Assembly: GCF_024521635.1 (NCBI RefSeq)
Contig: NW_026250438.1
Span: forward strand, 124,001 to 188,000
Source of the DNA: Tricharina praecox
Taxonomy: Eukaryota
Length of the DNA stretch: 64,000 bases
Direction of reading: 5' to 3'
Shown here: piece after piece, positions 13,167 to 26,613 of the stretch
Layout of the letters: each line of letters starts with the position of its first letter
Numbering within the stretch: the stretch's first letter is position 1
Made by a program: the position numbers and the translations under genes
Notes under the pieces: model-generated
What the model saw: only the letters and a program-made list of their open reading frames with translations
The model's database searches: none
Told to the model about the DNA's origin: nothing

Positions 13167-14033
13167 CTACGCCATATTCTTGTAGACCACATCCCACCCG
13201 GCCGCAGCCAGCCCGGGTGGATTTCCGATCAGCAGTGCCTTCGCCGCAGTATCCCCCTTGAGCGCCCACTTGAAATACGCCACGGCGGCCTTCCCAAACT
13301 CCCCGCCGTTGGCCTCGCTATACGTCCCCATATGCCCAACATCAAAGTTTGCCTTCCACGCTGGCAGCCCCGCCGGCAGGTCCGCGTAGTCGCGCTCGCC
13401 GTTGGGGTAGGCAATCTTCCGCTACTTGTTAGCACACATCCACCTCGGACAGATCATAGGTAGAGTACATACATCACCACTCCCGCCGAGGAAGTAATAA
13501 ACCGGCACCCTTATCCTATCCAGCAAGTCCTTCTTCTCCATATCCAGCAATCCCGAATTAAAAACTCCCACCGTCCTGACCCTAGTATCATTCCCGACGT
13601 TTATTGCCTCCAAGCCACCACAGCTCTGTCCCGCAACGGCCATACTCCCCGTATCCAGTCTTCCCTGGTACTCCCCGCCCTCCCCGCTCGCTTCCTCCGC
13701 CCAGTCCAGCGTCGCCGTCAACATCGCCGCAGTGGTCTGCGGGAACAGCCGCCCGTCCGGCGCGCCGTTCGCGACGATCATGAAGCCGTAAGAGGCGATT
13801 TCGGTTAGGAAGTTGGAGAACGTGAGGCCCCGGCCCATGCACCCGCCGTTGCCCCAGGCGATCACCGGGAGGGATTGGTTAAAGGGGAGCGTGGAGGGGA
13901 GGTAGATCGTGTGCTTGGGGAGCGTTGTGGAGGTCGTGTATTTTGCTGGGTAGGGGCCGGTGCCGCTGCTTTGTGCGCGCGCGGGGACGGCGAGGAGCGC
14001 GAGGAGGTGGGGGAGGAGCGTGGTGAAATGCAT
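13167..14033 (-). CDS. Secreted alpha/beta hydrolase (cutinase/lipase/polyesterase-like)
   Basis: Signal peptide MHFTTLLPHLLALLAVPARA, then GTGPYPA, PVIAWGNGGC and nucleophile elbow AGQSCGG. Intron starts at 13472 (GTATGT) with acceptor at 13416 or 13422. Exon 2 gives D-IAYPNG and VGHMGT (putative catalytic Asp and His), with stop at 13167. Confidence 0.88.
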
Positions 14034-14567
14034 GCTGCTGGATTGGTGCTGGAGCGGGGGGCGGTGGCGATCTGTCAGTACATACACAGCTCCAACCAGC
14101 TGGTGGGTTTATATACCGTACATATCTACATTCTAAGTCCTCGGCACAGAAACCGCACCCATCACCACCGCCGAAGATGACCACGGAGACAGCGATCATC
14201 ACCCACTGACCGCGGCAGCGCGGCTTGGGACCTTGCATCGAGATGCGCTGCAATTATGCAAATTGAACCTTCAAGATTCATCGCATTACTCGGTTCCAAA
14301 CCGAGCCACTGAGCACATACATCCCGCACGATGAATCTAGAGTAAGTATGCACTCCGCAAAAACGCATCTATCTTAAATAATGAATCTCCCCCCGCATTA
14401 ATCACGGTTCACGATATGGTACCAAAGATCGCTAGAAGATCGGTTTTGACCGCGGTTCACATACATCTGGGATGGGCTGGCAGCCGTAAATTGTAATATA
14501 CTGGTACCGCCGTACCGCGTCAACGGCGGAATTATTCCCGCCGGAAAAATTGGCGAGGTTCGCTGCG

Positions 14568-14705
14568 CCCGTATAGAGCGTGTATAGAGCTCGTAGAGTA
14601 CCCGTATAGAGCGTGTATAGAGAATTTATAGAGAATATATAGAGAATATATAGAGAATATATAGAGAATATATAGAGCCCAGAGAATGTATAGTGTCTGT
14701 ATAGT
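14568..14705. repeat. Compound tandem repeat: 22-bp direct repeat plus (AGAATATATAG)n
   Basis: cccgtatagagcgtgtatagag occurs twice, followed by about five 11-bp agaatatatag units. Confidence 0.85.
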
Positions 14706-16340
14706 GCCTATCTCGGCTATCCTCGAATTCACGTGCTGTCCGCCGACCACGGGGGGTCACTGTATTAGAGACATCCGCCGAGCCAAACATCACATCTCGG
14801 GGCTCCCGATCACTATACATCACCATGTATCGCATCGCACCCAGAATCGTTTCCTGAGCGGCGAGCGGTCATTGGGACATCGGCATCGGCATCCCCGTAA
14901 CGTAAGTACTTAGCCAACTATCCCCCGTGCCAAAGGCCAAGCAGCGGGCGTATGCACTGCCCGACCAACGCTCTCGCCTGCGCCGTTGGAAAGGGCCAAG
15001 GACAAAGTAAGAAGCACGAGCAAGCGTCGAACCACCCAGCAAGCAGCACGCCAACTCGGTCAATACGGCCAATACGGTACAGGAGTACACCAGAGCCTCG
15101 GCACCCCCGTCCCGACCTCGAGCAGTCTTGGGAGAAGGATCACCAGCTGTATCTTGATGAGGATTACATGCAGCTAGTCAAGACCCAAGACCCAAGACCC
15201 AAGACCTCGGTTCGATGCATCCCCATCCCCCCTCGGACGCCCCCTGATGGATGTCCACCAGTATACGTAGCTTGGCGACCTCGCTCCGATCTAACCCAGA
15301 GTATAGTATACCTACTATTATACCCAGTATCCCACTATCTGCGGCCCTTGAAACCACGACATCGAGTGATGCCGCGTGCATGAGACCATGATGCATAAAC
15401 TATGATATCGTGCTGGTGAGAGGGTGTACTTCCTCTACTGTCTACCGAGACGTTGTCAATAACTAATTGCGCGGGGTTATATTGGCATGATGAGTGGGTG
15501 ACCATTTATAGTAGTTACCGGTGGGGCAGAGTTGATTAACTCGAGCATTATCACTCGTTTCCGGCCCTTTCCTATATGGTCATTGGTACCAAAGTTTAGC
15601 CAGCCGACTTCCTTCCTACGTACCTGGTATATAGTATACCCCTGATTCCTTCCTCATTCTCCTCTTGCTAATTTCCATAGGCGCTACCACTCACATAATA
15701 TCACATCGCATAACATTACATGGAACTAAGACTTTCAATGACCATTGATTGGCGGTTAACTATTCCCACATTTGCTCCCTTCCCCTTCCCCTTCTCCTTC
15801 TCCTTGCCCACCCCCACTTCACCGATACCCAAGTAGGCAGTACAAGTACAAGTACATTCATATCCAAAAACACCACATCTACATACATACAAGAAAGAAA
15901 GCAAGAACCCCACACCCACGCTGAATAGAATAGAAAACCAAAAAGAACCATTTCCCCTTCCCCTTCCCCCCCAGAGATAACGAACGCCGTAACCAAAAAA
16001 AGGAAAAAAAAACAGGAACCAGAAGATATATGATATGATGATAGCCGTGTGCCCACCCAAATGTTGACTCCGAAGCCCGAAAATAGAGAGAAAGGAAACA
16101 AGATGATATCCCACGCTTTGAAATTGAAATCGAAACAACACTGCTAGAGGAAAGGAAGAAGTCGCGTGGTGCTGACAAGTTGAGTTGATGAAGGTGGTGT
16201 AGGGGTGTAGTTAGTGGTAGTTGGTGGTAGGATCGAGATGTTGTCGAGATGTTGTCGCGATGAAAGGGCAATATGTGCAGGAATATTCCGTCACCGTCCT
16301 CGTCCTAGGTAGGAAAGCCGGCCGGCCTCGAGTGAGTAGA

Positions 16341-18554
16341 TCACCGCTTCTTCTTCTTGAAATTCATATACTTGCTCCACCAAATCGACGTTTTCAGGGC
16401 GAATCCAGTTTTATACCGCTATAGTTTCCGTATCAGTCAGTCCGTCTTCCTCTATAGTTCATGCGACAATCGTCAGGAGGGCGAGCGTGCATACCTTATA
16501 TGTAACGATACGACTCCCATCGACGAGCTCATCAGGCTGCGAATCGATATGGAACCCGAGCCACGGCATGAGTTTTGCAAAGATGACCCAGTAGATGAAG
16601 CCGCCAACGATGATGCCGGATGCCACGCCAGGCGTGACATACGATGGGATGTCGGGCTGGCTGAATGGCGGCCACCACGTGAGCACGATGATGAACAGGT
16701 TGAGTGGAACGTAGATCGCGATGATCGTGAGCATGACCCGCCATGGAAGCATGTGTGGCTCCCATCGGTGGATACCCGTCTTGCGATACCGCAGGAATAC
16801 CACTCCGAGAGACACGACAACTGGCCAGAGCTGTTAGAAATCATGACACAGTGTAGCAGTTGTAAAGGGTAACAAACTTATCATCCAGTTCTGTCCGTAG
16901 ATGAAGAGATCCGTGATAAGATTGTAAGCCGCATCGTCCTTGTTGCTCGGCGTGAATATCTTAAGACCATTAGCCGAAAGCCAAAAAAAAAAAAAAAAAC
17001 GACGGGCCTTTTTCCCGATGGGTCAATACGTACGATGAAAGCAGCCGCAACGAACCAGTGCAGGACCAAGGCGCCGACAGGAGTATCGTAGTGACTCTGC
17101 CTTGCGAAATACTTCGAAAACGGCAGAATCCTGAGCTTAGCAATCTCCTGCTTCACTCTTGCCAGCCCGTACGTCGACGACACAAAGTTGCCCATGATGG
17201 ACAATGCGACCATGACCTTGAAGCCCCTCTCGATGAACCAGCTGTCACCAAAGACCTTGACGAAGAACTTGGCCGCGACCATGTCTCCACCCGCCATCAA
17301 CTCCTCGTCCGAGAGCACCGTGAAGTACGCAACGTTCGCCAGCACGTACAGCACCGTCGTCAATCCTATCGCCGAGAAGGCGGCGATCTTGAAAACCTTC
17401 GATTCGTTGCCTGGCGGTCGGCGCACCTCCGACAGGACATAGTTCGCGTTCTCCCAGCCCGTGTACGCCCACAACACGCCCAGTATGGCGTTCGAGTATT
17501 CCCACATGGTCATGGTCCTCGTCACCATGGCGTTATCCCAGTTGGAAAGACCGTACGTGCCTCCGCTTGTGACTCCCTTGCCCCTTCCCCCAGCCATCGC
17601 CGCAAACCCAACCATGATGATGAAGGTCACCAGAGTAACCTTGTAGATGGCAAGGAGGTTGTTGACGAAGATACCCATCTTGCGCGAGAAGATGTGCAGC
17701 AGGCATACCGCCGTCAGGAGACACAGCGCGAGGAACTTCTGTAAGCGATAGTCAGGGTTGATGTCTCCGGGCTCGAATGCCTGCAATATCAGTTTCGCGA
17801 AGGCGATAGTATTCCCGGCGAAGTGGGTCAGGAGAATAAAGAGTAATGCGATGACGATCACGGCAAGGTATTTCGGTCGCGGATAACACTCCTCGACCTG
17901 CGCAAGTCGTTAGCGAAAGTCTCCCGTGTCAAGTTGGCATGAGAGGGGGCCCTACGTAAACAACCTCGGCGCCGGAGAACGGCAACGTAATCCCCAACTC
18001 AACATAAATCAACAGTCTAACAGAAAACTCGGATCAGAATCGGGTTCAAGTTGGATTCCAGGAAGGATGAGAGAGAGCGAGTCTCCTGCATCAAAAAACA
18101 CCCCCCTCCCCCAAAAAAAAACAGAAGCCATCAAAAAGGAAGAGGGAGAGAAAAGTATCGCGCACCCAGCTAGACTCATAAGTCCACAAGCGACCCACAG
18201 GAACAACGCGACGCCTCTGCCACCACAGTTCTCCAGGACCACCGACGGTTTCGCAAAGACGCCAGTGCCGATCATCTTGCTGACGATGAGCGCAGCGGTC
18301 GAGAAGTACCCGAGCTTCTTCTGTTCTGGCATAGGCACGTACTCGACCCTATCGTCGCCGACGTCCTCGTCGGTGAGCCGCGGCGGACTGCGCAGCTCGA
18401 CCAGATCCTTCCGCCGATCGAACTCCATCGACGTGCTGGCCCCCCGCGCGTTCTGCCGCTGATAGTATTGCGGAAACGCCTCCGCCCCAGTGCTCGCGTC
18501 GGACCGCACCGACATCAGCTCGACGTCGGACGAGATTCGTCCGCCCCCCGACAT
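16341..18554 (-). CDS. APC-superfamily amino-acid permease, MUP1/LAT-type (methionine permease-like)
   Basis: Multi-exon gene: KKLGYFSTAALIVSKMIGTGVFAKPS / GLLIYVELGITLPFSGAEVVY / VEECYPRPKY...WAYTGWENANYVLSEVRRP...ARVKQEIAKLRILPFS...TPVGALVLHW. The last exon RYKTGF...KKKKR* ends at 16341. Substrate is inferred from family resemblance. Confidence 0.9.
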
Positions 18555-19386
18555 CTGTGGCGTTCGAAGCGCCGCCGCGGAGTGGATGCGCGAGCGATGC
18601 GAGGCGACGGTGGATAAGGATCTCTAGCGGCGGTCGTTCGGCACGCGACGATGGTTGCGGCGGTAGTGGTCGTGGTCGTGGTGGTGGTCGTGGCGGTCGT
18701 GGTGTTGGTGGTGATGCTGTCGTCGGAAGAAGGAAAGCACTGGCGGCGCCGCAGTGTCATGCAACGGGATCGATGTTTTCTTCCTGGTGGAGTGATGGGT
18801 ACGAGTCGTCGCGGTAGTAGTTCGGGTTCGCACTCTGGGCCTGGGCAGGGCTGGTAGTTAGTGATGGGTAGTGGACGGTGGTGGTGGGGGGACCCGTCCG
18901 ACTTAACTACTCTCGGCTCCCCTGAAAGGAAGCCCGCCGCCCCCTCCCCGCACACCCCTGGAGGGAAGAAATCGATGGATGGGGAAGGGAGGGAGGAGCG
19001 AGGGGATGGTTACCGCTGTCGAAGAAGGCACTCTACATGCGCAGCCATGTAGGAATGGGTGCTTTCCTGCTCTGCTCTAACTGCTACTATAACTACTCCA
19101 TCCGATTCTCGGGACTCTCTATCTATCCAACGTGGATTCTCCCGAGGTTTCGTCAGAGGAGGGATGTTGGGGCTTATGATTTACGATGAAGCCCGGCGAC
19201 GGATGGGTGGAAGAATGGATGGGTGGATGGATGGGGTGGAGATCATGATAATACCCAGTACCCTACGCAGAGTAGAGTGCAGTGCACACTCTAAATCCCC
19301 AAGTTAGGCATGAGCAGAGTTGCCAGTGCCCGCACTCGCAGTCCGCAGGGCCACAGGCCGGAGGCGGCATGTCGCAGACTCGCAGG

Positions 19387-19440
19387 CGGCATCCCATCCC
19401 AGCCGGCATCCCATCCCAGCCGGCATCCCATCCCAGCCGG
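19387..19440. repeat. 17-bp tandem repeat x3 (CGGCATCCCATCCCAGC)
   Basis: Three perfect copies, followed by a (TCTCC)n run. Confidence 0.92.
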
Positions 19441-22400
19441 CCATTTCTCTCCTCTCCTCTCCTCTCCTCTCCATCCTCCCCGTCCATCCATCCTCTTATC
19501 GCTCCAACGCTCGCCCAGTCCACTGTTCACAGTTTTGCTCAGGGTTGTGCACCTTTATGCACTTTGTGCTATGTATGTGGGCATGGCAAGGTTGCGAACC
19601 CGTGGAACCCGAGAAAGCTCCGGCCCGCACCACACCAAAAGCCAGTCTGCAGCAGCCCAGGACCCAGGCCCCAATCCAGTCGAAAGTCGATGGTTGCAAG
19701 TTCGGGGTTACCAGCTGTGGCTGGACTGTGGCACTGTGGCTCGTGATTCCGGGCAGGCACGGTGCGGTACGGTAGCGGATGCACGATTCACGATTCACGA
19801 TTCACGAAGTACTTACTTGGGTACATACCGGTGGACTACCTACTCCGTCGCAATGGCCGTGCTCCCAACGCAAGGCTGAAACATGCCGATAGGTATCACA
19901 GGTAGAATGGTATCTCGGAGCATCTCTCTATCCAACCAACCAACAAACGCAGCCCAGCGATCTCACGTTCATGACACCTAGCGTTTTGTCCACACCGCTG
20001 GAAAGCAGAAGCATTGGATGCTGGCATCCGTCTAGGTACCGTATGGAGCACCCCGCCCAGAGTAAGGCTTTTGCGCCCGGCGTCGAGTTGCACTTTGTGG
20101 AACCTTCCAGCCAGCCAGCCAGTACCAGCCGGCTTCTGGTGACGGGGAAGGCGGGGGCGGAAATTGGGGCATAGCCACCGCAAAATGGACACCGTTGGGC
20201 AAGTGCCGGTACGTATCAACGCCTCTTCCATTAGAAGTTCCCATCCCATCGGACATCCAAGGACTGTGATAGTTAAATAGTATCGATACATAGTAACACA
20301 GCGCGGGCCAGTTGCAAGTTAGTTAGGCCGTTTGATCGTCAGCGCAGAGGGCCGGAGGCCCGGAGGACCGGAGGGCAAAGACCGGCCGGCCGGTGGTGCA
20401 TATCGAGATTCGAGAGACAGCGTCGGCGGCGGCGGTGAGACACTTGAAACGGTGAAAGATCTGCAGTGCCTCCGCATTTTCCGCCTCTGCCTTTTCCTCC
20501 TCTGCCTTTCCCGCCTCTGCTGACGATGCTTGGTATGCTTGGCTGGTATGGTTGGTTGGTTGGTTGGTAGGTACATAATCCACTGCATGCACTGTGCACC
20601 GTGCGTTGGGTCTGTGAGTGAGATACTCTACATACACACAGTCACAGACGGCCAGCGAGCAAATCACGCTCGAGTCCTCGACAGTCCTTGGGAAAGTGCT
20701 GCTACTTGTGCTGTAGAAACGAGTGAGGAAGGAGACACGAACTTCAAGTACCTTTCAAATTCCAAGTTCCACATCCTCGAGCCCCTTCACTCCACTTTAC
20801 TCTACTCTGGATACTCTATGTTTATTGATACTCTTCTCCACAATCCAGCCAACCAACCGACCCCACAAACTAGTGGCGGCCGTTGCAGACTACTATATAC
20901 CACTACTCTACCCACTACATAGCAGGTACTCTATATCAAAGTACCTAACTCCGTCTGGCTACCACCCCCAACCAACCAACCAACTGCAGCCTCCATACGG
21001 GGCCGAAACTCTATCTCTATCCTCTCCTCTCCGACAGCCCACTCATCACCCCCCCTCCCCAACCAACGAACCAAACCAAACCAAACCGTTCGATCTCGAA
21101 CACCGTTGGGCCCCAGTTAGGGGTTCCTGGGTGGTGGCTGCCGTGCTTGCTTTGCTTGCTTGCTGTTTGCAAGACAAGACGTCTCCATATGTAGCACCCT
21201 CGCCGGGCGCCGCTGGAAACTGGAAGTTGGAAAACTCCCACATCACGCAGAAATAAAAGCCGTCTCAGTCTCACGATTGATTTCCGCATCGGAGTGTGCA
21301 GCAGGCCTGGTGTGCAGTGCCTACCCATCTAGAGTACCGTACCGTTGATCGACAGCGACACGGACACGGACGAGAAAGTCAGCTGCCTGCCTCGATCGAA
21401 ATGGGCTGCGGTTTGTTTTATTTTTGTCTTGGGTGGGTGATGACGGGACGGACTCGGGCCTCACAAACCGGAGACGGAGACGGAGACGGGAGGCTGCAGT
21501 GTTGTGGCGGTGGTGCTGATGGTATGCCATAGGTAGGTGGGTATTTTTTTGCAATGTTGGAACTTGGGAAGTTGGAAGGCATTGAGAGGCCCCTCCTTCT
21601 GCCCTCTCCGCATGGAAATCAATCAAGATTCAAAGGGTATCTGGTCGACCGGACTATGGATCTGTCCTCCTCCTCTTCCTTCTCCTCCATTTAGCCCAGC
21701 CCAGCCGGTCGGTTGAGTAACCGCAAAAGCCGCGCACACACACCACACTGCACACTCGCCCTCGCGCCCCGCGGATCAGCGTGCAGCAGCCTACCAATAC
21801 TAGTATATCTGTCTATCCGTGACCCTCGATGAGGATGAACCCGAAGAGGCGGACCGGTGGTCTTTGTGGTTGTTGTGGTGGGTGGTGGCAACGGTTGGGC
21901 CTGGCCTGGCCTGGCTTTTTTCCTGATCGGGGGGGGGGGGGGGGGGGGGGGGGCGTGCGCCTTGCGGGCGGGCGGTTAATCAGGGGGCCCGGGGAGGAAG
22001 GGAGGGGGGATGGGATGGGATGGGATTGTATTTTACCTGCTGCTTTGCGACTGGGTCGGTTGGAGCATGTAGAGTAGAGTGGGGAGGGTACATAGAGGAG
22101 GTTAGGGACCGTAGCCGGAGGGGGGGAGGTTCATCTTCTCTGCTCACTGCTCACTGCTCAGCCTTCTTCCTTTCGAGACTTGCAGGCCGTCCAGCGGAAC
22201 GGATGGCAGGAATCATGATGTTTGTGTTGGAACTTGGAACTCGGAAGACCAACGCTGCGGCCCAGCGCTGTTTCCGCTCCGAGCATGTGGATGAATAGAG
22301 TAGAGTATGGGATTGGATGGACTTATTGTTGCCGGTCGGACACGATACGATACATGCCATAGTTACGGACGGCAGTTGCGAGTCGTGGTGTGTACTTGGT

Positions 22401-25400
22401 ACTCTACATATCCAAGTATACCGGCGAGGTGAGGCGAGCTCCTCGAACGGTACTCGCAGGGTGGCGGTTGAGGAGGTAGGACAAGCGATGGCAACTCGCC
22501 GTCCACTCGTGTACTGCACCAACAAAGTACACATGTAGAGTACAGTGGGTAGAGCACTCTATCGGTATCTTGTATATCTTCGATAGGAAATGGGAGGCCC
22601 GACTCCGGTGAACTGTCATCGTCGCCGTTCTGTCGGGGAGTGGGGATAAGAACAAACGAAGATCATGAGAACGAAGCGAAGCGAATGGGTTCCATCATGC
22701 CATGGTCGCCAACGAACTCCATATTAGACAGACATGGCGAAAGGCTTGTCCCGGGTCCTGGTCCGCGGCGGGGTTGTGCTGGTGGTGGTGCTGGCGGCGG
22801 CCGGCGGGAAAGAGCTATCCCGCCGCCCACCGCCCGCCGCCGCCCGCCCGCCGCCCGGCGTCTAAATCCAAATCTAAATCTGAAGCTTGCACAGAAATCG
22901 GACGGGATTTCCCCAGGACTCGCTCGGCTAGAACACCCACCACAGGGCTGATGGTCAAGTCCTTACTCCACACAGTTAGGTACCTCCAGCCCAGCCCAGC
23001 AACCAGGGCTCCTCCGGTTTCGACGGCATGGCACGGCACGGACTCGGGGTCAGATTCCCCTCTCTCTCGCACAGAACAGCACAGGCCAACAGGCCAACAG
23101 ATGATACCCAGTTCCTCTGCTATGCATCCAAGCCCCCTCCGCTGTCACTGCCCAGTGTCCACCGTCCACCGTCCGTACTCTACAGCATGGATACATATCC
23201 CTCCAGACTCCAGCGTCCGCAGGCCATCCACCATCCCAAGTACCTAGGCCCATGTATCATCGCTAGGCACACATACTCTACATACGGCGGATCGGATCGC
23301 CACCAACTCCGCCCGTGTGGGTGGGTTGGGCGGGTGGACGAGTCGAGATAATGCTCCCATGCGCGTGCTCTTCTCTGTTGTACTCTAGGTACTCTGTTGT
23401 ACTGTACTCCGTTGTACTTTACTCTGTTGTGTTATGCTCTGCTGTGCTGTGCCACGGCAGATTTTTCTCTTTCCTTCTCGTCGTCTGGACGCTGGACTGG
23501 GCGGAGACGGGGGCGTCCGCCTTTGTATGTGACTCTGTGTACTATATAGTATGTATGCAGGTATTGTATGCAGGATGGCTGTCCGGATACCGCCGGGATC
23601 CTGAGGATTTATGTATGTATCATAGCCAAGTATTTATGTGCGTATTTACAGTATGTATGAATTTGTGGGGGAGGGAGGGGGAATAGGCTCCAATAGAGTG
23701 AGGGAGAATATCTACCTAGAATCTAGGATCTAGGTATCATACTACTTTGTTACTTGGGTATCTACTATCTACTATCGACGGACATGGGTTTATTCCGAGC
23801 TGGCATTTATGTGGGTGATTATTTACTTGGATCTCGACTGTGCCACCCGGGGGCCCCTAGGAGCGGGAAATGACAGCGCGGGGGGATGAGAGGAAACGGA
23901 CTGTGAATGTATGGATGGATTTATCTACTCTAACTGCAGTCTGCCGGGTCCAGAGTGAAGTTGTAACTTGTGACTAATTTCACCCAAGTGTGTGTAATGT
24001 AGAGTACATAGGGTATCCAGAATATTGGTATTGATCTCTAGTATCTGGAGCCGTGAATTCTTACATAATAATACCTAGAGTACCTCGTGAGCACTCTACT
24101 CGATGCATTCACGTTCCATCCATCCAACTATGCACGGCCATACCTATACCAACACTTCATAAGCTCATACTAAGTACAAAGGTAAGATGTAAATAGGTAG
24201 TCGCATACCCGTCGGTATATATATGGCATCTACAACCTAGGTACCTCCCTATATACTCGATATCTACAGTACCGACATGCATCACGCACCCTCCCGCGTT
24301 TGAAGTTTCACGAAAGAGGCATCCAACCTCCGCACAACCTCCGCCCCCGGCTTGAGCCCTTAGTTATTCCAGTCTTTTTTTTCCTTCTCGCTGGCGGCAA
24401 CAACAATCTTAAGGTTATATAAACTCTAATCGACGCCTTCGCCTCTACCTCAGCCTCCGAAAACAGGGTATGAGGACGTGTGCGGGGAGCGGAGGAATCA
24501 TTGCTTGTTTACTACCTACTCTACGTCGATGTCGAGATTTCCCAGGGCGTGCGGTGGATATGCACGTGCCCGTGCCCGTGCGCATAACTAACCCACAGCC
24601 AATGGGATCAACTTCCAGCTTTTCGCCGCGGATGAAGGATTCGCTCTGATATATCTGGAGATATAGATGTGTCGATATCGATAACTGCATGTCTGCGCTT
24701 GCCCCGCCAGCTCGGCGCTCCGTGGACGCGGCCAGCGGCTGGGTATGAATGTACCTATGTCTGCACCTATGTAGGGTTACGTTTCCGTCTCTGCGGAATT
24801 CCGTCCGAACGATCCGAAGCTTGTAGACTTACATACATACAAGCACCCAGCTTATCGGGCCTCGGGCCTTCGGGCCTGGTGAATCGGAAAAAAGCGCCGG
24901 TGGCTTGAAATGCCGAGTGATTCCACATGCAGCAAGAGTAATCGTTCGGACCGGCACGGCCGCGTTTTCCTTCGCCGTATGGTAGGTAAGGGTCCCGAAA
25001 CATTACCCCAGGGAAAGGGTGTGCTGTGGATCCGGTTTCGCGGAGATGTTGGTGGTGACCGAAGGGGATTTTAGGTGGACATATGGCGTTGTGGAGGTCG
25101 GCTTAGAAGGATGGAGTTGTGGGTTTTGAGTCATATACTATATGTACTTTCGCAGGAGATATAATGGAGGGCCATGGTCCTTATTTCTTAAACCGCTCGA
25201 TTTCTTTTTTTTTTGTTTCATCATCGTAGCATTCGACCTTTGCAGATCATGGCTGTGTACACGACCGGTTCCACCCCACTGTCTCCGATCGCTGGCCGCG
25301 AGCCCGATGTGGGTTCCCCATTGCCCTCCGCCCGGCCCCCTCCGCGCATAAAAAAGGGGCTCGATTTCTGTTGTCCTCTTTGATCCGTTGGAGGAGAGAT

Positions 25401-25475
25401 GGGTTTCAACTTCCGAGTGATATACTGTACTCTAGTATCTACGGGACAGAATGAAGTGCCATGTGTTTTCAGGGC

Positions 25476-25652
25476 TGGTGGAGGTGATTCACTGGAACGA
25501 TTGAGATGGAGAGAAGTGAAGTATGTTCGGTCTAGGAGCTACAGGTGCAAAAGAGAGAAATAAAATCAAACTTGAACCCGCTGCTGCACCGAATCCTCCA
25601 AGCACCCATCACTAGTCCTCCAAACGGCTACCTAGTAGACTACTCACCAGAA
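25476..25652 (-). repeat. LTR-like dispersed repeat, copy 1 (3' of gag)
   Basis: Aligns by eye with 26612-26730 (same orientation) and with 36136-36330 (inverted). Confidence 0.8.
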
Positions 25653-25682
25653 ATTATTGCCGAGCTTCTCATTCTTGAGCTT

Positions 25683-26480
25683 TTAGTTGTCGGTGGTTCG
25701 CTTGCCAGGAGGCTCCTCCCGCTGCTTCCGAAAGCAGTTCGAATCGATGTGGCCCCTTCGCCCGCAGTAGGCGCACTTCAAGGACTTCTTTCGTTTGTTG
25801 CGAGATTGCATCCTTGATTCATTCGACGCCTTGGGATACAAAAGCGCATCAGGCGCGATGCCTTTGACGCTTCGTATTTCAGCTTCTCGAGCAAGCAGCA
25901 TTCGCAGGATTTCGTCCGGCTTCCTGTCCAGAGATTCGGATTCGATACGGCCCTCGATAAGCTGTACCGTGATGTACCAGTCCGCACTGTAAGGGTCGAT
26001 ACCGTGGAGCAGATAGAAGGAATGCTCCCTCTTGGACATCTTCTCGGAATCCTCTTTGGCGGCAAGATTGAACTGGTTGACGGCGTGCTGGATGCTTCGG
26101 GCGTAGGCTTCGACGCTGCCCAGATCTTCAAGACGAGTGCTAGAAAGTTCTTCCCGAATTTCGTAGGAACTCTTCTGAATCTTGGTAGCATAGTCTTCCT
26201 TGATCTTTTCCCACAGCGCCCGAGGCTCCTCGTAGTCGATGTACTTCTTCTGCATATCTTCGTCCATGGCCAAGAGAATTGTAGACCTGGCAATCTCCTT
26301 ACGCTGGGACCAGGAAAACCATTCAGCGATTGAGGACTTCTCTGGTTCCCCCTCTATGCCTCTGAGGATGTTCGAGCACATGTTCAGCCCACAAACCAGG
26401 CGAATGTCGAATGCCCACTCTTCGTAGTTGGTGGCATTTAACTTGGCGATGCCAGCTGTTGCCTGCAGAAGGTAGTCCAT
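25683..26480 (-). CDS. Ty1/copia-type Gag-like protein (265 aa) with CCHC zinc knuckle; no pol
   Basis: Intronless ORF: IAKLNATNYEEW (copia gag N-terminal KLNxxNYxxW), ARSTILLAM..PRALWEKIKEDY..SVEAYARSI..YLLHGI (UBN2/Retrotran_gag_2-like), and CAYCGRRGHIDSNC (CX2CX4HX4C). Confidence 0.87.
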   Translation of the reverse strand: MDYLLQATAGIAKLNATNYEEWAFDIRLVCGLNMCSNILRGIEGEPEKSSIAEWFSWSQRKEIARSTILLAMDEDMQKKYIDYEEPRALWEKIKEDYATKIQKSSYEIREELSSTRLEDLGSVEAYARSIQHAVNQFNLAAKEDSEKMSKREHSFYLLHGIDPYSADWYITVQLIEGRIESESLDRKPDEILRMLLAREAEIRSVKGIAPDALLYPKASNESRMQSRNKRKKSLKCAYCGRRGHIDSNCFRKQREEPPGKRTTDN

Positions 26481-26510
26481 CGTTGCTGAGGGTTTGCACG
26501 ACGTTGCTGT

Positions 26511-26613
26511 TCGTGGAGTTAGTCGTGAGGTCGTGGAGTTGGTCGTGTGGTCGTGGAGTTGGTCGTGTGTTCGTATGTTCGTGTGGCCGCTGCTCGTCTG
26601 CTCGTCTGCTCGT
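26511..26613. repeat. Short tandem repeats in the gag leader (~20-bp unit x3; CTGCTCGT x3)
   Basis: tcgtggagtt(a/g)gtcgtg(a/t)gg x3 and ctgctcgtctgctcgtctgctcgt. Confidence 0.8.

Noticed and set aside
15487..15645. Possible C/D-box snoRNA (ATGATGA...CTGA)
   Set aside because: No terminal stem or recognisable rRNA-complementary guide.
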